From Tubulanus polymorphus (taxonomy: Eukaryota > Animalia > Nemertea), in contig NC_134026.1 in NCBI RefSeq assembly GCF_964204645.1, positions 19,502,150 to 19,566,149 on the forward strand: a stretch of DNA of 64,000 nucleotides. The letters are read 5' to 3'. The translations under genes were made by a program, and so were the position numbers. The notes under the pieces are model-generated. The model was not told the DNA's origin and did no database searches. It was given only the letters and a program-made list of their open reading frames with translations. This document shows, piece by piece, positions 50,411 to 64,000 of this stretch. Within the stretch, counting starts at the first letter, position 1. Each line of letters opens with the position of its first letter.

Positions 50411-52997
50411 ACGGGGAATGACTAGCTGGGATTGTATAAAAAATCCAAAAATATCCTACTTTTACATTTTCTATCAAAGACCAACCGCAGGAATTACACT
50501 TTCCACTTGCCCGTTATAGTGATGAAATTGCGTATCAATTGCGTACTGTCCGACTTCGATCGACTTAATTAACTTGATATTTTGAATTATTAGAGCTATC
50601 ATGGTCGTGAATAGCTCTTTATTTCATTTTTGGTTAAGATCTATTCAGATAATGAATTGGTTTATGGGGCTTTATATTAGGTAGGTAATTCGGGTTCTCT
50701 CGGATTTGCCGATGTACATATTAGCCGATACGTATTCAGCTGATGGTGTAATCAATCCAAAAGAGACGAATCATAAGTGGTATTATTTTCCAGTTGCTAA
50801 TACTTCTGTTTTGACGGACCTTAATAATCAATCTTTCTCGATAGCTTCTGTCAGCGAAAAAAAAATATTGATGGTTCTTATAGACATGTCGCATTATTAC
50901 AGCGAAAGAGATCAAATACTAAATTGAATATGCGCGTAATTTGGAATATGTTGACATATCTCATCAGCATCGATACTCGAGCCATTTTAGATGCGTTTTC
51001 AATAAATCTGCATTGGATCCAGACTAGACCTTCAATCTTGATTTCTTTCTGATGGAGCAGTAATAGGAACAGGCGAAATCCTTTATATTCAGATGAATTT
51101 GACGGCGGAAAGTTACTTGAAAATGCTGTAGGATATATGCAGTAAATATTGTCATTACATGATGCCTACTCGCTGCCTCGGCTTCCACGTGTGCGATGGA
51201 CTCCGCGCTTGTGCGTATGAACTTACCTTTTCGAGGTAACGGGTTTGCAATTAACAAACAGGATTGATTCATATCGAGGAAGCATCTTAGATTACTCGAA
51301 AAAAATGAAGTGAGTGAAATTTAAAAAAAAAGGTCTTTGCGCGTGCGTGTTAGGAAGCCAGGATTCGAAACGTTACCCATAACCTGGCCTGGCTTTAATG
51401 ACCCAATTTGACCAGCTCCCCGTGAAGAGTCCATCAAGGAGGGCAGGGGTGGGTCCAGTGGCAGACTTGGACGTGAGCACAAAAAAACTGAAAAAGGAAA
51501 CAAACTGTTTTAAAGGCTAAATTCGGAAAATGCTATTTTCAATGCAATTTCCAGGCACAAGAGTCACATTGAAATGGAAACAAAAGGGTACAGGAAATTG
51601 TGGGAAGTCTAGACATGTTTGTTGTGAATACTACATTATAGATATATACATATACATAGAAATATATGTATATTGTCAATACGACCAGACCAGAATGTGT
51701 TTGAATTATTTTACATTATGATGCATACATTTGCTGCAGCTTCTGTGTTGAGCGCGTTCTTAACCAGGTGCACGGTGGACTCGATTACATGATGGAAAAA
51801 TTGAAAATACGTACAAACTGTGCATAGTGCTACAGGCGTTCGCAATCTGCATTTTTTTCTTATCAAATCTGCATACACTAGAAAGAGAAAATTACGGGTA
51901 CTTGTGTCATCCCTTATTTTTCGAAGCCCATTGAATAACAGTCTTCGGAAAAACCAATGATACCAAAAATTCTAGCCGTATGTATTTCGGTCGACGAAAC
52001 TCTTTTAGAATTCATCTTACAATATTTCTGTAATATTCGACTAATTCGGGATAGTGAGTCTGTATTGATTTCTAAGATGAGGCTTAGAACACACGTTGAT
52101 AATGAAACCCATAATTGAAATGTTGTAACGGCTCAGCGTATTTTCATATGTTTTATCAGCTTTTGTTTACTCTGTATATTACGTAAAGCGACACGAGCCT
52201 TTTGTGAAATTAATCCTATTAAGCCGTTTTGTACGAGAAACAAAACATTATCATTATTAAAGATGATCATTTTTATTATTGCTATCGTCATTAAAACCTG
52301 TTTCCTCTGATAGATTGTTTATGCAATGTTCATTATTGCCAACGCTGAATGATATAAACGCGTCGTATATATACGCGTAATTTTTGACGGAGCGACCAAC
52401 TTCGCCCGATTAGAATTCGATTCGTAACAATTTATCCGTACGCGACTACCCATCGAGGAATTGTTAACGCAATTAATCGTATAATTTCTCGGGTTTAATC
52501 GTTCGCGTCTCCCCCAAGCGCTGGTTGATACAGCGAGTGCGGAGAGATCTGTAGAATTTGACAGCTGGTTCGAATAATTCAGTGTGGTAGATTAGTCAAT
52601 GAATCGATTAGAGTGAAAAGTTGTTTCGCAAACTTGGTTCCGATTTTGTTCGTGATCGGAGACGAATTTGCATTTCCGTTTGATTATTCTATACCCTATG
52701 AATAGTACGCACGTTCCCGCTCCAAATATTACCCAGCCCAAAAAAATCTAATACTAGATACTATTCAAATTCACTTAGTATGTATGAACAGGTCATCAAT
52801 GTTTGTATGTGAATCCCAAAAATGTATCGCTGTCGCAATAATATACACCTACGTGTAGGCATGGACGTATAAATCTAGACGTCTGATCTCTAGTTTAAAC
52901 GTCCACTCTGGCGCCTCATCATATTGGACGACAAGTGCGAGCCGATTGAAGGCAAGAAACCATTTAAATTCAGATGAATTACCTTATCCTTTCCCAA

Positions 52998-53090
52998 TCC
53001 CTCCCGCGGCAGGGATTCGAACCTGATGGCATCGAGATTGCCACCGAATGAAATGAGTGTAGCCATGCCATCAGGTTCTAATCTTGCTAT
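52998..53090. mobile_element. Short derivative of the ggttcgaatccctgcc MITE-like family
   Basis: ccctcccgcggcagggattcgaacctgatggcatcg ... atgccatcaggttctaatc inverted pair. Confidence 0.55.
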
Positions 53091-53138
53091 TTTGTTACTA
53101 TTCCTATGACTGTTCAACGAATACTGGATATATGTACA

Positions 53139-53670
53139 TTCAATTCAATTAAATTCAATTCAAAATTTATTGCAACCGTATAATAACAAAATTACAAAGG
53201 AAGGACACGGCAATAAAATATAAATGCAAAGAGACACTGACAAATGGTAACATAATAGGAGAGAGAAAAACATCTATTTACAAAGAACGCATTGGAATAG
53301 TACAAACAGGCGATTACTTATGTTAATCACATTTGGATAAAAGCTCATTTACAAGATTACAATCAACGAAAACAGTAAAAAAGACGAACGATTACTATTA
53401 ATTATCACGTTTAAGTATGAGATCGTTTACAAAGTTGAAAATAATCTTAGCACTTTCTATGTCCCCGCCCCCTGTTAACAATATAAACTTTAGTATTTCC
53501 GGGGCGTCAAGATGCTGAAAAGAAGGGACAATCAGGGAAATTGAATGGAAGTGGAGGTTTCTAATATGGGAGAAGCAAGGGCAGTGGGTAATAAGGTGTT
53601 ACTCGTCGTCGACTTTGTTTAAGTCGCAGAACAGACAGAGTCGTTGTTCGGCAGGGGTCGTATGGGACTT
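53139..53670 (-). mobile_element. 5'-truncated LINE 3' end with CCHC zinc-knuckle remnant and (TTGAA)n tail
   Basis: The minus strand reads QRLCLFCDLNKVDDE*HLITHCPCFSHIR, then a 3' UTR, AATAAA and gaattgaatttaattgaattgaa. Confidence 0.8.
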
Positions 53671-54430
53671 ATAGCATTTTTGTTTAAACGCAACCCCCAA
53701 TTTATCGACTATTATGCTTTCTTGCCACCAAATTTAACAGACAACATCGAAATTTGAATCAATCGTTTTTGCTAGATGCAATGTCACAGTCCAGAGGTTG
53801 GGTAATCATATCACCAATAAATCGATTCTGATTCACCAGGTACAGGGGGCTTTTAGCACCGACATCACCGTAAAAAAATTGCCTGGCAATTCGTACTAAC
53901 ACCAAGACAATGCAGAAATCCGTCGATTGTCATTCAATCCTATTGGATTACATCCTATCCAGCATTTACGGATATAACGTATTTTGATCACTCGCTTCGA
54001 GTGCCTCAGTTCGAGTGGGCCTCTCTAATCGATCCGCCGGCGATAATCGGTTGTGTTTCGCGACTAGAACAATCGAATGGCTGTATTTTTCTAGCATTTT
54101 TCTAGCAGTAAACGCCGCGGAGTATCGGCGTCTAGTGCGTAAACTATGACTTCGGCAAACGACTTTACTGGGCGTAAAAAGTGTCAATTAATCTCAAGTA
54201 GGCCATTTACGCGCCCGATATATAAACATAATTTACACAGATTGCTCTCCAATATCCAAATAGTTACGATTGAAAACTCGAGAGTTTATAAATTACGCAT
54301 CATTCGCGCTATATATATGTATACTCTAGTGTTGTAACGTATACATAGTATTCGTCGGGGCTAGTATTAATACTTCAGAATGATTACTCCAAGGTCGGGT
54401 ACTTTTTAATTCAGTTAGATAATGGTAAGA

Positions 54431-54715
54431 CAGGGGCGGATCGAAGGGGGTTGTAGGGGGTCTCGTACCCCCTACTCCGTGTTAGAACATTTTCTGATAG
54501 TGAAATCAATCGTATTTATGATGAAACTGACCACAATTTTAATCTTAATCGATTGCTGTTTCGGTGTCCGCCAGAAATTACCGTAGGTAATGCACGATTA
54601 TTTCAAATTTGATCGTCAAATTTCAGGAGAATTTGTCATTGAAATATGAAGAAGATTGTATCTGGGCAAACACGCGTTTGACCACCCTCTGCCCAAATTC
54701 CTGGATCCACCCCTG
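54431..54715. mobile_element. hAT-like MITE with CAGGGGCGGATC termini
   Basis: CAGGGGCGGATC ... GATCCACCCCTG; flanks taaga/caaga (imperfect 5-bp TSD). Confidence 0.7.
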
Positions 54716-56736
54716 CAAGATAGCTGCAAATGGAAGTAACTTAAGAACAATGGTTCTAAATCAGGATATACTTTTTACTGTCTAAAACATTATATAAATC
54801 AACGTTCAAGTACTTGAAAAAAAAACGTAACCATTTACATCAACGCATATGCCGTATAATTTTCCCCCGATTAATCAAATTGCGTCGTATTTGATAAAAA
54901 AATGGTAATTTGTATTATTAGATTAATATCAATGACCTACAATGGAATAAAAGAGCATTATGCAATACGCTATATGGCGATAGTTAGTCGTTTTACAAGC
55001 CGATGTTTATCACGACACGCTTGGTCGTTAAAAGTAAATAGCTCGCATCGATCGTATACTTTTTCGCGTATACTGCTCGATCAAATTCAGCAGAGTAAAT
55101 ATTGACGCGGGTCTCTTCAAATCTCATGAAAAATTAGACTTCTTGTTTACCGAGGAACAATGTGTTACACACGACGAAATCTGCGTCGAGATTAAAATCG
55201 CCTACTGATATCGGGGGAACCGCTGAATCCATTTCCGGAGACGGCACGTTTTCGTTGTTGAAATGATAGTTATAGAATCAAGGCCGTGAATCTTGTCTGA
55301 ACGGTTGAACATATCGCCTGCTTTAGTATCGCGACAGGCATCTGCTTCCAATGTGCGGTGATATTGGATTCTTTTCACAATGTCGTTTGGCTTTCCCGAG
55401 TATTTTTAGTCGATTTAATCGCTGTACAAGGGCATTCTTCCACGCAGGGAGAAACACCGATCTAAACCCTGTAAATGTAGCGTGTTACTAGGGAAGCAAT
55501 GGACGCGGGATTGGTCCATTTTCGAATTTCGTTTGGTCATTTATCGATTTTAAAGCCAATACACCGAATAATAACCCATTGCGACTAAGATAATGCAATT
55601 TTGATCGTCAGCTGATGGTACGAAATATAGGAATAAATAAATGACTTTGGTGTCGCTGGTATTGAATTAACAAATTCCCGCTGGACTCTCCTACATTGAA
55701 GTGAGACATAATAGTAAAAGCCGACGTTAATGAACACTTGTTTCATGAAAGTATTTATTTCTGATCGAGATGGCTTTACTGGTCTTGGTGTGTGTGTGCT
55801 GATACTTGTTGTATTTCTCCGGTGCATTGGCCGAACATAAGTAGTGAGCACCCCGTCGAGGCTGTATGACGACGTGCAATAAATTGATAATGTCCGAATG
55901 CCGAGGTCAAAATCGTAAAATATCACGCATAACAAATTCTGGATGGTGATCATTGCTCAGAATTATTTCAATTTCTAGGTTGATTTCTCATAAACTGAAT
56001 TATTCGAATGAATTATTCAAATCAATAAGTTGGTGCGAAATGTGGTCTCGTGTAGTTTCTAAAATGGTGATAATGATCAAAATCATGTCGTTGGTATATA
56101 GTGCTTTCCTCTAAGGTGCGTGTTCATCGCGCATCTCTGATGAAATTGATCCGTCAAAGAAGAGTCGCCTCGTGCATATAAACAATGAATTTTGAGACCT
56201 AGATTTCGAGAGTGGTTCCAGTTTTCGAAATTTCAACGACGCGCGCCAGCAAGTATATCTCCTTCATTTTGAAGCGGACACGAAAAGGCTATTCAACAAG
56301 TTTCAGCAAAGTTTATCTTACATGCTCCATATTTTACCCAAAAAAAATTCTTTAAGCACAGCTGTCATACATTTTCATCAAAAGGTGGCCAAAAAGATGG
56401 CCATAATACCAGAAATAATTTCACAGGACTTTTCGTAGGTACATAAATTAGTATAGATATGATACCATCACGCTAATTTAAAATATATATCTTATATCAA
56501 GAAATATATAATACATATCATACATATACTATAAAGATAGTACGAGATCGTACGTGAAAATCGCTATCGAGAGAAAAAAGAGGGATAAAATGCAATGTGG
56601 GCCTAACAGGTAGCGAATTTAATATAGGGGTATTTCATTGTTATGACAGTTTATCTTTAATACAGTTAAACTGTTACAAAAATGAAACAACGTCGTATTA
56701 AACGGGCTTCGTAATAATCTCAGCTGGGAAATTCTG

Positions 56737-56784
56737 GGCGAACTTCGGTTTTCGTACCTAGTGGTCCGATAACCGAAGATGGCC
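56737..56784. mobile_element. 48-bp minimal GGCGAACTTCGG MITE derivative
   Basis: ctg|ggcgaacttcggttttcg...cgataaccgaagatggcc|ctg; both termini and TSD retained. Confidence 0.7.
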
Positions 56785-57494
56785 CTGGAAATCATCGTGA
56801 TAAACGCGTTTCGTCTTAAACAGATTCAACTGTATAACGGGTGTCGAGCCGTTTCTTATACCTTTCCGTATTAAAAGTACCAGAAGTGCAAATAGTACGG
56901 TCGCCTGAATAGTAAAATTCTGAAAAGTGTTTAAATCTTATATTTAAGAAAAAATAGATAGATCCAAATAGATGTTTACTTCAAAAAACGAATACTCGGT
57001 CGAATGATTAAGTAACGTCGTTAGAACAGCGTAGACTTCTCAAATCCCATAAAACTACGACCGAGAAAGAAGCAATCACGGCGAATCAGAGACGACTCAA
57101 TATATTTTGCTTTATTCGTAAGGGCACAATGAGTTTACTTCAGACATGGGGTGTTAATTTGATTAATACGATCGACTTTAAGCCCAAGACAAACTTATGC
57201 CGATCTGATTGATGATAATGGCTTTGCACATCAACGAGTTAGTACGATAAAGCGCCGTCAATATCGCTTATCTCGCATAGCTGGCTTAATACTCGAAACC
57301 GTTTAATGAACATAGAAAATCTCATTATCTATCCATCAGCGTTTTATTTATCGTGCAGTTGAAATAAATAACTATCGAGTAATGTTTCGCCATTGAAAAA
57401 TATTCCGAATGCAAATGCTTGGAGTCACTCAGCACTATCGAGGGAACGCGCCTGAACGTCACTTGGGCCGCCAAGCTCAAGTGGCTAACTGAAC

Positions 57495-57821
57495 TAACAG
57501 GAAAACTAACTTGAAAGTTTATTGACGCCTTGGCCTATATTGTTTGTCAAAAATAAAATATTATTATGTAAATCATATAATATCGAGGATCAATGTCATT
57601 ATTATAACATTGTTACTCAAGTTATTTTGGATTTAAACATATCGATGATTGAATTGAATCGAATTGACCGGCATCCAGTCTAGTCCCAATATATATTGAT
57701 GACGTAGTGCACATCCTCTTGAAAATAATTATCAAAATCTATTAAAAAAATAAGAGTTATGAAATATATTTGATCACAAAATAAACGCGAAAATTTACAA
57801 TTGACTCGCACAGAATCCCTT
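57495..57821 (+). repeat. Dispersed ~400-bp repeat family copy
   Basis: taacaggaaaactaacttgaaagtttattgacgccttg ... gaattgaccggcatccagtctag ... gactcgcacagaatccc. Confidence 0.8.
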
Positions 57822-59138
57822 GCACGGGCCTAATACTAAACTATGCCGAGAATGAAATGAAATGTTCACTCTAAATTCCCGAATAAATATCACTATATTC
57901 ACTGACTCAGATTCATAAACTGTACTCGGCGATTTCATTATTATCATCAGAAGGTGGCGGACGTAATATTTAGTTGTTTTGAAATTCTATAATAGATTTT
58001 GATCGTTTTTCAATTCGGTCTGCGTGGAATATTATCCAGCCAAAATTGATATAAAGCGCTTTCGTTATTATGCACTGTGTTTGCTCTTAAACAAAACGTC
58101 GCTTCGCTAATAGCTTTTAATGCCTGACTTCTATTCCTGTCAAACAGTGACTTACAGACTCTATTTACTGTGGGGTCTACTGCGATTTCACATGTTCAGA
58201 CGTTTCTCTTTGTCCTAGTGCACTCTACACGTATAACTACGTATCGGCTTTAAACATTTTAATATAGCCGAACAATTTGTTTTTAAACGATCTTAATTAT
58301 CGGTTCTATTTTGTTCGATGAATTAAAGTGTTAATTCATGGGCTGAAGTATAACCGCGTGAAGTTAACAGAAAAGTACATTCAGACGTTGTGAGACGATG
58401 TCTGATGGAAGTGATTTCCTTCGGATAAAGACGGGCGTTCGAAATGGGCGAATTTTCTCCGGAAGTGTCTAACGAGCGTTCGAACCTATTTCGGTGGGGG
58501 ATGGATGCAACAGAACTAACATAATGTGACGTATTCGTTACACTTTATAAAAAAAACCCGGACATAAACGCCAGAAATGGGAGAATCCCTCGGGTATTAG
58601 CATCATTATCCATTTAAAAAATAGAATCACAGGTCGTAACGTTTACTATTCAAGCCTGCGCGCAGAACATTATTGCCGGCTGTAAAAAGGTGCATCGCAT
58701 ATAATATTTACACAGTCGGCTAGAGCTCGTGCAATAACTGAATAGTAAACGACTGTTGAAGTACTATCAGGAGATACAAACGATGAGCGATTAACGGTAC
58801 ACGATTGTATGTTTGGAAAAAAAACCTGACGTGATCTGTCGTGTATTTACAAAAAAAGATCAAATACTATATAGACATGCGGACGACACAAATCGCTCAT
58901 CGCTCGCAAAGATAATTTTTAAATTGATAGAAATTTCTAACCGACTTAACTAATGTTGGCTTATGAAAATGCTTTTTCAAATTGATTTGTAGCTCTTCGG
59001 GGAATTAACGCCAGATTTAGCGGTTAACTATGCTGGGAATTGATGAATTATAATTTTCTAGTTTGGTTGCTTTAAATATTCATGAACATTGTGAAATTTT
59101 CGGCATATTCGACAAATATACAGTTTATTCAATGCGGC

Positions 59139-59578
59139 TTTTGACCCCGTAAAAACCGTTACAATAATGTTTATATATACAAACATTGATACTTTTGATA
59201 CCTACTAAGCGTTTTTAAGGGTTCAGTGTGAGTAGATGCGCACAACGTCATCAATTTCGGTGTTTCAAAATAACAAATACGATTATGAATTTTTGCGGTT
59301 ATTTTGTAATTGAATATATTTCATTACTCTTATTTTATTATCGATAAATTCTGATGATTAATTTTGAGAGGATAGCTAACGTCATTTATCCATCCGGGCT
59401 AGACTGGTTGCCGGTCAATTCAATTCAATTATCGATATATTCAAATCTAAGATAACTTCATTGATCCTCAATGTGATATATATAATTTACTTTGTATTAT
59501 TCATTGTCGATAATATTACGCGATATATGTGTTTTTTTTTCATGGCGTTGATAAACTTTCGAGTTAGTTTTCTTGTTA
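59139..59578 (-). repeat. Dispersed ~400-bp repeat family, full-length inverted copy
   Basis: Reverse complement of the 23309-23717 pattern (ctagactggttgccggtcaattcaattc; ends gttagttttcttgtta). Confidence 0.8.
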
Positions 59579-61394
59579 CTACGATAAATTCATCGATACG
59601 TGTAGTGCTTCACGATATCGGCGTTGCCCGTAGAACGTTATAAACTACGATCGCGAACACTTTATACTATTTTATGGGCAATTATTCGTAGCATTTCCCC
59701 ATATGCAGATTGCTATAAACTCCGTGAAATAATACACTGATAAATCCCGTATGTATTGTGGTGTAGTCGACGAAGACTGTATCGTCGTTTCGGCGACGAA
59801 CTGTAATTCAATCCTGTCAGCACACGAGTCACCTGAGACCAGTCACATCGTCTGGTAAATTCATTAAACAACCTCCTCCAAGTTATGTCGATTTTAACGC
59901 ATATTTATGTCTTATCGGAGTTCTAATTAAGAACTTTTAGCGCTCAATTCATATAGGGCCTACTTAAAATCATCCATGAAATACTAAAATTGATTCAAAA
60001 TACTCTTCGATCGATTTCGGTAGGTGTGATGAGTTTGTAAGGGACACCAACTCAAAACAAATCGAACGAAATCTACCAATTAGATAAATAACCGGTACAA
60101 TCCATTTTTTTAAGATCGAGAAGAGACCATGATTCAAACGTGCGTTTTCGAAACGAAAAATCGATTTTTAGTTTACGAAACTTTAAGCAATATTCCGTGT
60201 TTTTGTGCTTTGGTTTAAATTTGTAGATTCTCTCATTCGACTATTCCATATATCAATCAAATTCTCAAATCATTGGGACATTGAAAACGGGCGAGCTCAA
60301 AAATTAATACGGGCTCAAATTCCAAATAGAATGCCTTGGTGTATACCCGATCAGTAAACTAGAAAGGGCTTTACTGATCTAAACCAAATCCCAAAATATA
60401 TACGTAATGATATTTGAATAGAGGTATAAACTACCTATATGGAAACAGTTGATTAGCATGATCTGTAAACCATGGTTGGTGGAAATGGATGAAATGATCT
60501 GTTGACTCTGTAGTTGTAGTTATTATAGCCATCTATGGTATACAGACCATTCTAACTAAATGACTAACTAGAATGGCATACGTTGAAAATCGACAAATGA
60601 TAGGCTTTCGATGGGCTACTTATATACCTATCTCTATATTTTTGACAACTGTGATTTTGCAAAACAAAAACTCTGCCTGTTGTACTTCTCATTCTTGTGT
60701 ATGGGATCGTAGGCGTTTGACGGTTCGTAGGCTTTTTAATGACCATACAACAAGTTGCGCAGCATCGATACGTCTGCGTTCGCCTGTTGCAATTCCATTG
60801 TCATCGTATCGCACACTCGTGTATCGGCATTTCGTCGGCCGCTTTTCGTATATTGCTATATTCGTCAGAGGAGTACTCGTAAGGTATTTACAATGCATTC
60901 TCATCGGATATTGCTGATGCTGCAATCGTATTGAATGGCTGCGCACCGCAATGAAGCGGTACACTTTACAAAAACCCTATTATCCAGGGTGCCATTCGTG
61001 TAATGCACGTATTCTATATATATTTCAGGTGTAGGCCAAAATAAGATATCTAATAGCGATTTTCGAACTGAAAATTCCCGATCTGCACAATATTACGAGT
61101 TGACAGTTTTCATGTTTGCTGCAGTTGATAATCGAGAAGTATTTCAAATTTTCCATCATCATTCCGTTCATTTTCATTTTCGTAGGCGCCATTAATGACA
61201 TATTGGGCCTACGCGAGTGGAATTTGATAGTTATGATTAAAATTCTGTTTTAAGTATACACTTCTTTTGCGTAACAAAAACAACAAAACTGATCTTGACT
61301 TTTGAGATCACACTCGTCTTCACGCTGAACCCTCAGACTTGTGTGTTGAATTATTCAACATCCCTCCAGACAAATTCAGACATTATAAATATTG

Positions 61395-61580
61395 ATCTCA
61401 CCAGAAAAGTGTCGAAGTATGTTGCCACTGGAAAACGGCGACGAAAAGACCGCTTCGTCGATACGGGAATAATCAGACCTGCAGACAGATTCCAAATATT
61501 TTAAACATTTATCTCACCGAAAAGTGTTGAAGTGTTGTCACTGGAAACGGCGACGAAAAAGACGGCTTCAACGATACGGG
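61395..61580 (+). repeat. Local direct duplication, two copies of about 70 bp, 116 bp apart
   Basis: atctcacc(a)gaaaagtgt.gaagt..tg.cactggaaa.cggcgacgaaaa.gac.gcttc..cgatacggg at 61395 and 61511. Confidence 0.8.
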
Positions 61581-64000
61581 TGTGATCACATCTACTGTCT
61601 TTCCTGATTAGACAATTTTGGGGCGGTACAACCTTTCGGGAACTGCCGGGTGTAGTGTCTCTGCGAGAAGATACCGACTTAGATCATCGCGTAAGTTAGA
61701 ACTTCTATAGAGGCTATGCGAAAAAAATCGGCAAATAGAAGAAAACGTAAACGGGAAGAAAAAATTTGAAAAGTTTTCCCGGTGACAGGGCCGCACGTGA
61801 TTTTTTCTTACTATCGACCCGATTCAACTACAACACGTCGCATCGCATTTATGAGATACATCGCGCTGGACTGAGCAGATATTGGAGAATTGACCAAATC
61901 ATCATTTCTATAATATAAGTATGGCACCGAATTAATAAATTGCATACAATGCGCTTTTATATGTGCAAGCTGTCAGAGCGAGTGAAAATTCATAAGTCGC
62001 CACTGCCTTGTTTTTCTTCCGCTAAAATCTATCGAAAATTGGCCTGGTTGAAAAATTAATTACACACTATATTATAGACTCTCTTGCCCGTACCGAAAAG
62101 CTAAAAACGCTACATTTCTAAGCAGTATCTTATCGATCCGTCGACATATATTTTTCACTACTACACTTCACTGCCGAAAAACTTAAACTCATATTCTAGC
62201 TTTTCGTCGGTACCATAAAAAAATACAACGGCAAAAAATCACATTTCCCTCACACATCCAATTTAGTTTAATTGGTTACTCAATTAATTACTGATTTGAT
62301 GGAAAACTCTGAGCAAAAACATCGTCACACACACGCGTAGGGACCGATCACGACAAAAATTAGCCTAATTCATGATTGGCGTCGATTTTCCGTTTCCTCG
62401 TATTTCTAATTTGTCGCAGGTCCGCAAAAATTATTCCCATACAGACGATATCAAATTAGTATGTTTTCTTGTATTTGTTATGAATTGGGATTGTGAGTGT
62501 TCATAAGTCTTGAAGAACTAAGCTTATGAAAATCAATTCCAAAGGTTTTTGCATCATAAAAATTATCGCATTGTTTTAGGTCAGATTTGATGCAAATATG
62601 CTAGACATGTAGAATTTGCTATTTTGACGTATAAATTGTATGCTTATGGTGACATCTTACTTTCGACAGAGCAATCGTTACCAATGTATCGGATAATGCC
62701 GATGCATTCTTGGGAAATCCGTGTCCGCGATACAGGATAAGTTGTATGAACAGTCCCATTGCAATTTATGCACTGAATATGTCTCTGTAGTGCGTGTCAA
62801 CGACTTTCCATTAGCAGAATCGGACAAACTGTTTACCGGCAAATGCCGAGATAACGCGTCTGCACAGAAAATCGCGCGCCACAATGGACGGGCGCAAAAA
62901 GTAGAAATTCTGTCCGGGCGATACGCCGCGTCATATTGGCAGCCAAGCAAAAACAGCTAACTCGGATTAAAACTCAGTTTGTTGCTATCCAATGATGCAT
63001 GTGATGCGCATGCGCGCAATACCTGGCTGAGACGTCGGCGAATAACCTATATCGGAAACCTCGATGAACTTGTCACTGTTGCAATATAGATGAAGCATGT
63101 TTGCCTATGATATACATTTAATTTATCGTTTTTCAATACATTTCGAATTAATAGCTACGATTCGAGTGGAATGAACGATTATTCGATTATATACACTCAC
63201 CATATAGCGCCAGGCTATAAGTTTCAATACGGTGATGATTATCAATGTCCGAAAAGAAGGCAAAAGTTCGAAATATCGAATTTTCACCGGGAACCTTCGC
63301 GACTGTTCTTTTTAGAGTTCAAGGTCACTCACTGTATTTAGTTGGATATGAAAGCCGTTTTATCAATGAAATACGGTTTAGTGGTCACTATAGATAAAGT
63401 TCGAAAGAACGAAAAATTTACATAATCAGTTCCACGAGGGAGGTGCTACCCGAATGAAACCGTTATGAAGAAAACTCAATGGTATCTCTATAAAGACGGA
63501 TCGGCAAAGTACCAAATTAATCATATAACTGAACATTTTGTCGAATCACTTTGTCACGGCGTATTCAATGCAAGATGGAACTCTGAAACCTAGTCCGAAA
63601 CAGTTGACGAATTTTGTCTCATCTCTTTATCTCGTCTCGCCATCATAAATAATTGAACATACATCCCTTTATCTGCTGACTTCCAGTAGGAGCTAAATAA
63701 TAAATACGTTGTCACCATTTGAGAAACATTTTCATTTAAGAATGCCTAGCCTAGACACGGTTGTTTATTGGTATATTGCGAATGGTATATTGATGAAACG
63801 ATCCTCATTTGGGCAAAATTAACATTTTCTTTAGAAAGAAAGAATGCAGCCTTATTCGGGGTGTTTAGGTCTTGCGAGCGTGCAGGTTTCGTCAGTCTGC
63901 GATTAATGTATTCGGTTTCTCCCATCTCACCGCGAAAACGAGTTGAAATTCGTTCTAATAACGATAAGTTTGATTCATGTTTTTTAGCAAACACCATCAG

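Noticed and set aside
48320-64000. Search for the next K2P exon beginning with the rest of the GYG filter
   Set aside because: No acceptor followed by (G)YG.I.P was found by eye. The region is treated as intron and the short ORFs in it as noise.

Overview
AT-rich, intron-containing eukaryotic genomic DNA, most likely from a marine invertebrate (inferred from gene and repeat types, not determined). No prokaryotic features are present. 1-5.1 kb holds the last five coding exons of a tRNA-His guanylyltransferase gene (THG1L, + strand). 6.6-14.6 kb holds two tandem minus-strand genes for large, secreted, Cys-free, low-complexity block proteins (about 1331 aa and 759 aa). Both have the layout signal peptide / Arg-rich / Lys-Pro-Ser-Thr-rich / Gln-Pro-His-rich / acidic tail, and one has about 33 copies of a 15-aa repeat. 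15-64 kb is mostly non-coding, CpG-rich DNA with several MITE/foldback families, LINE remnants, a (GGCAGA)n microsatellite and one large coding exon of a two-pore-domain (TWiK/K2P) potassium channel whose remaining exons were not found in the window. The most interesting candidate is the pair of secreted block-copolymer-like proteins, possibly an uncharacterised adhesive, tube, mucus or matrix system.
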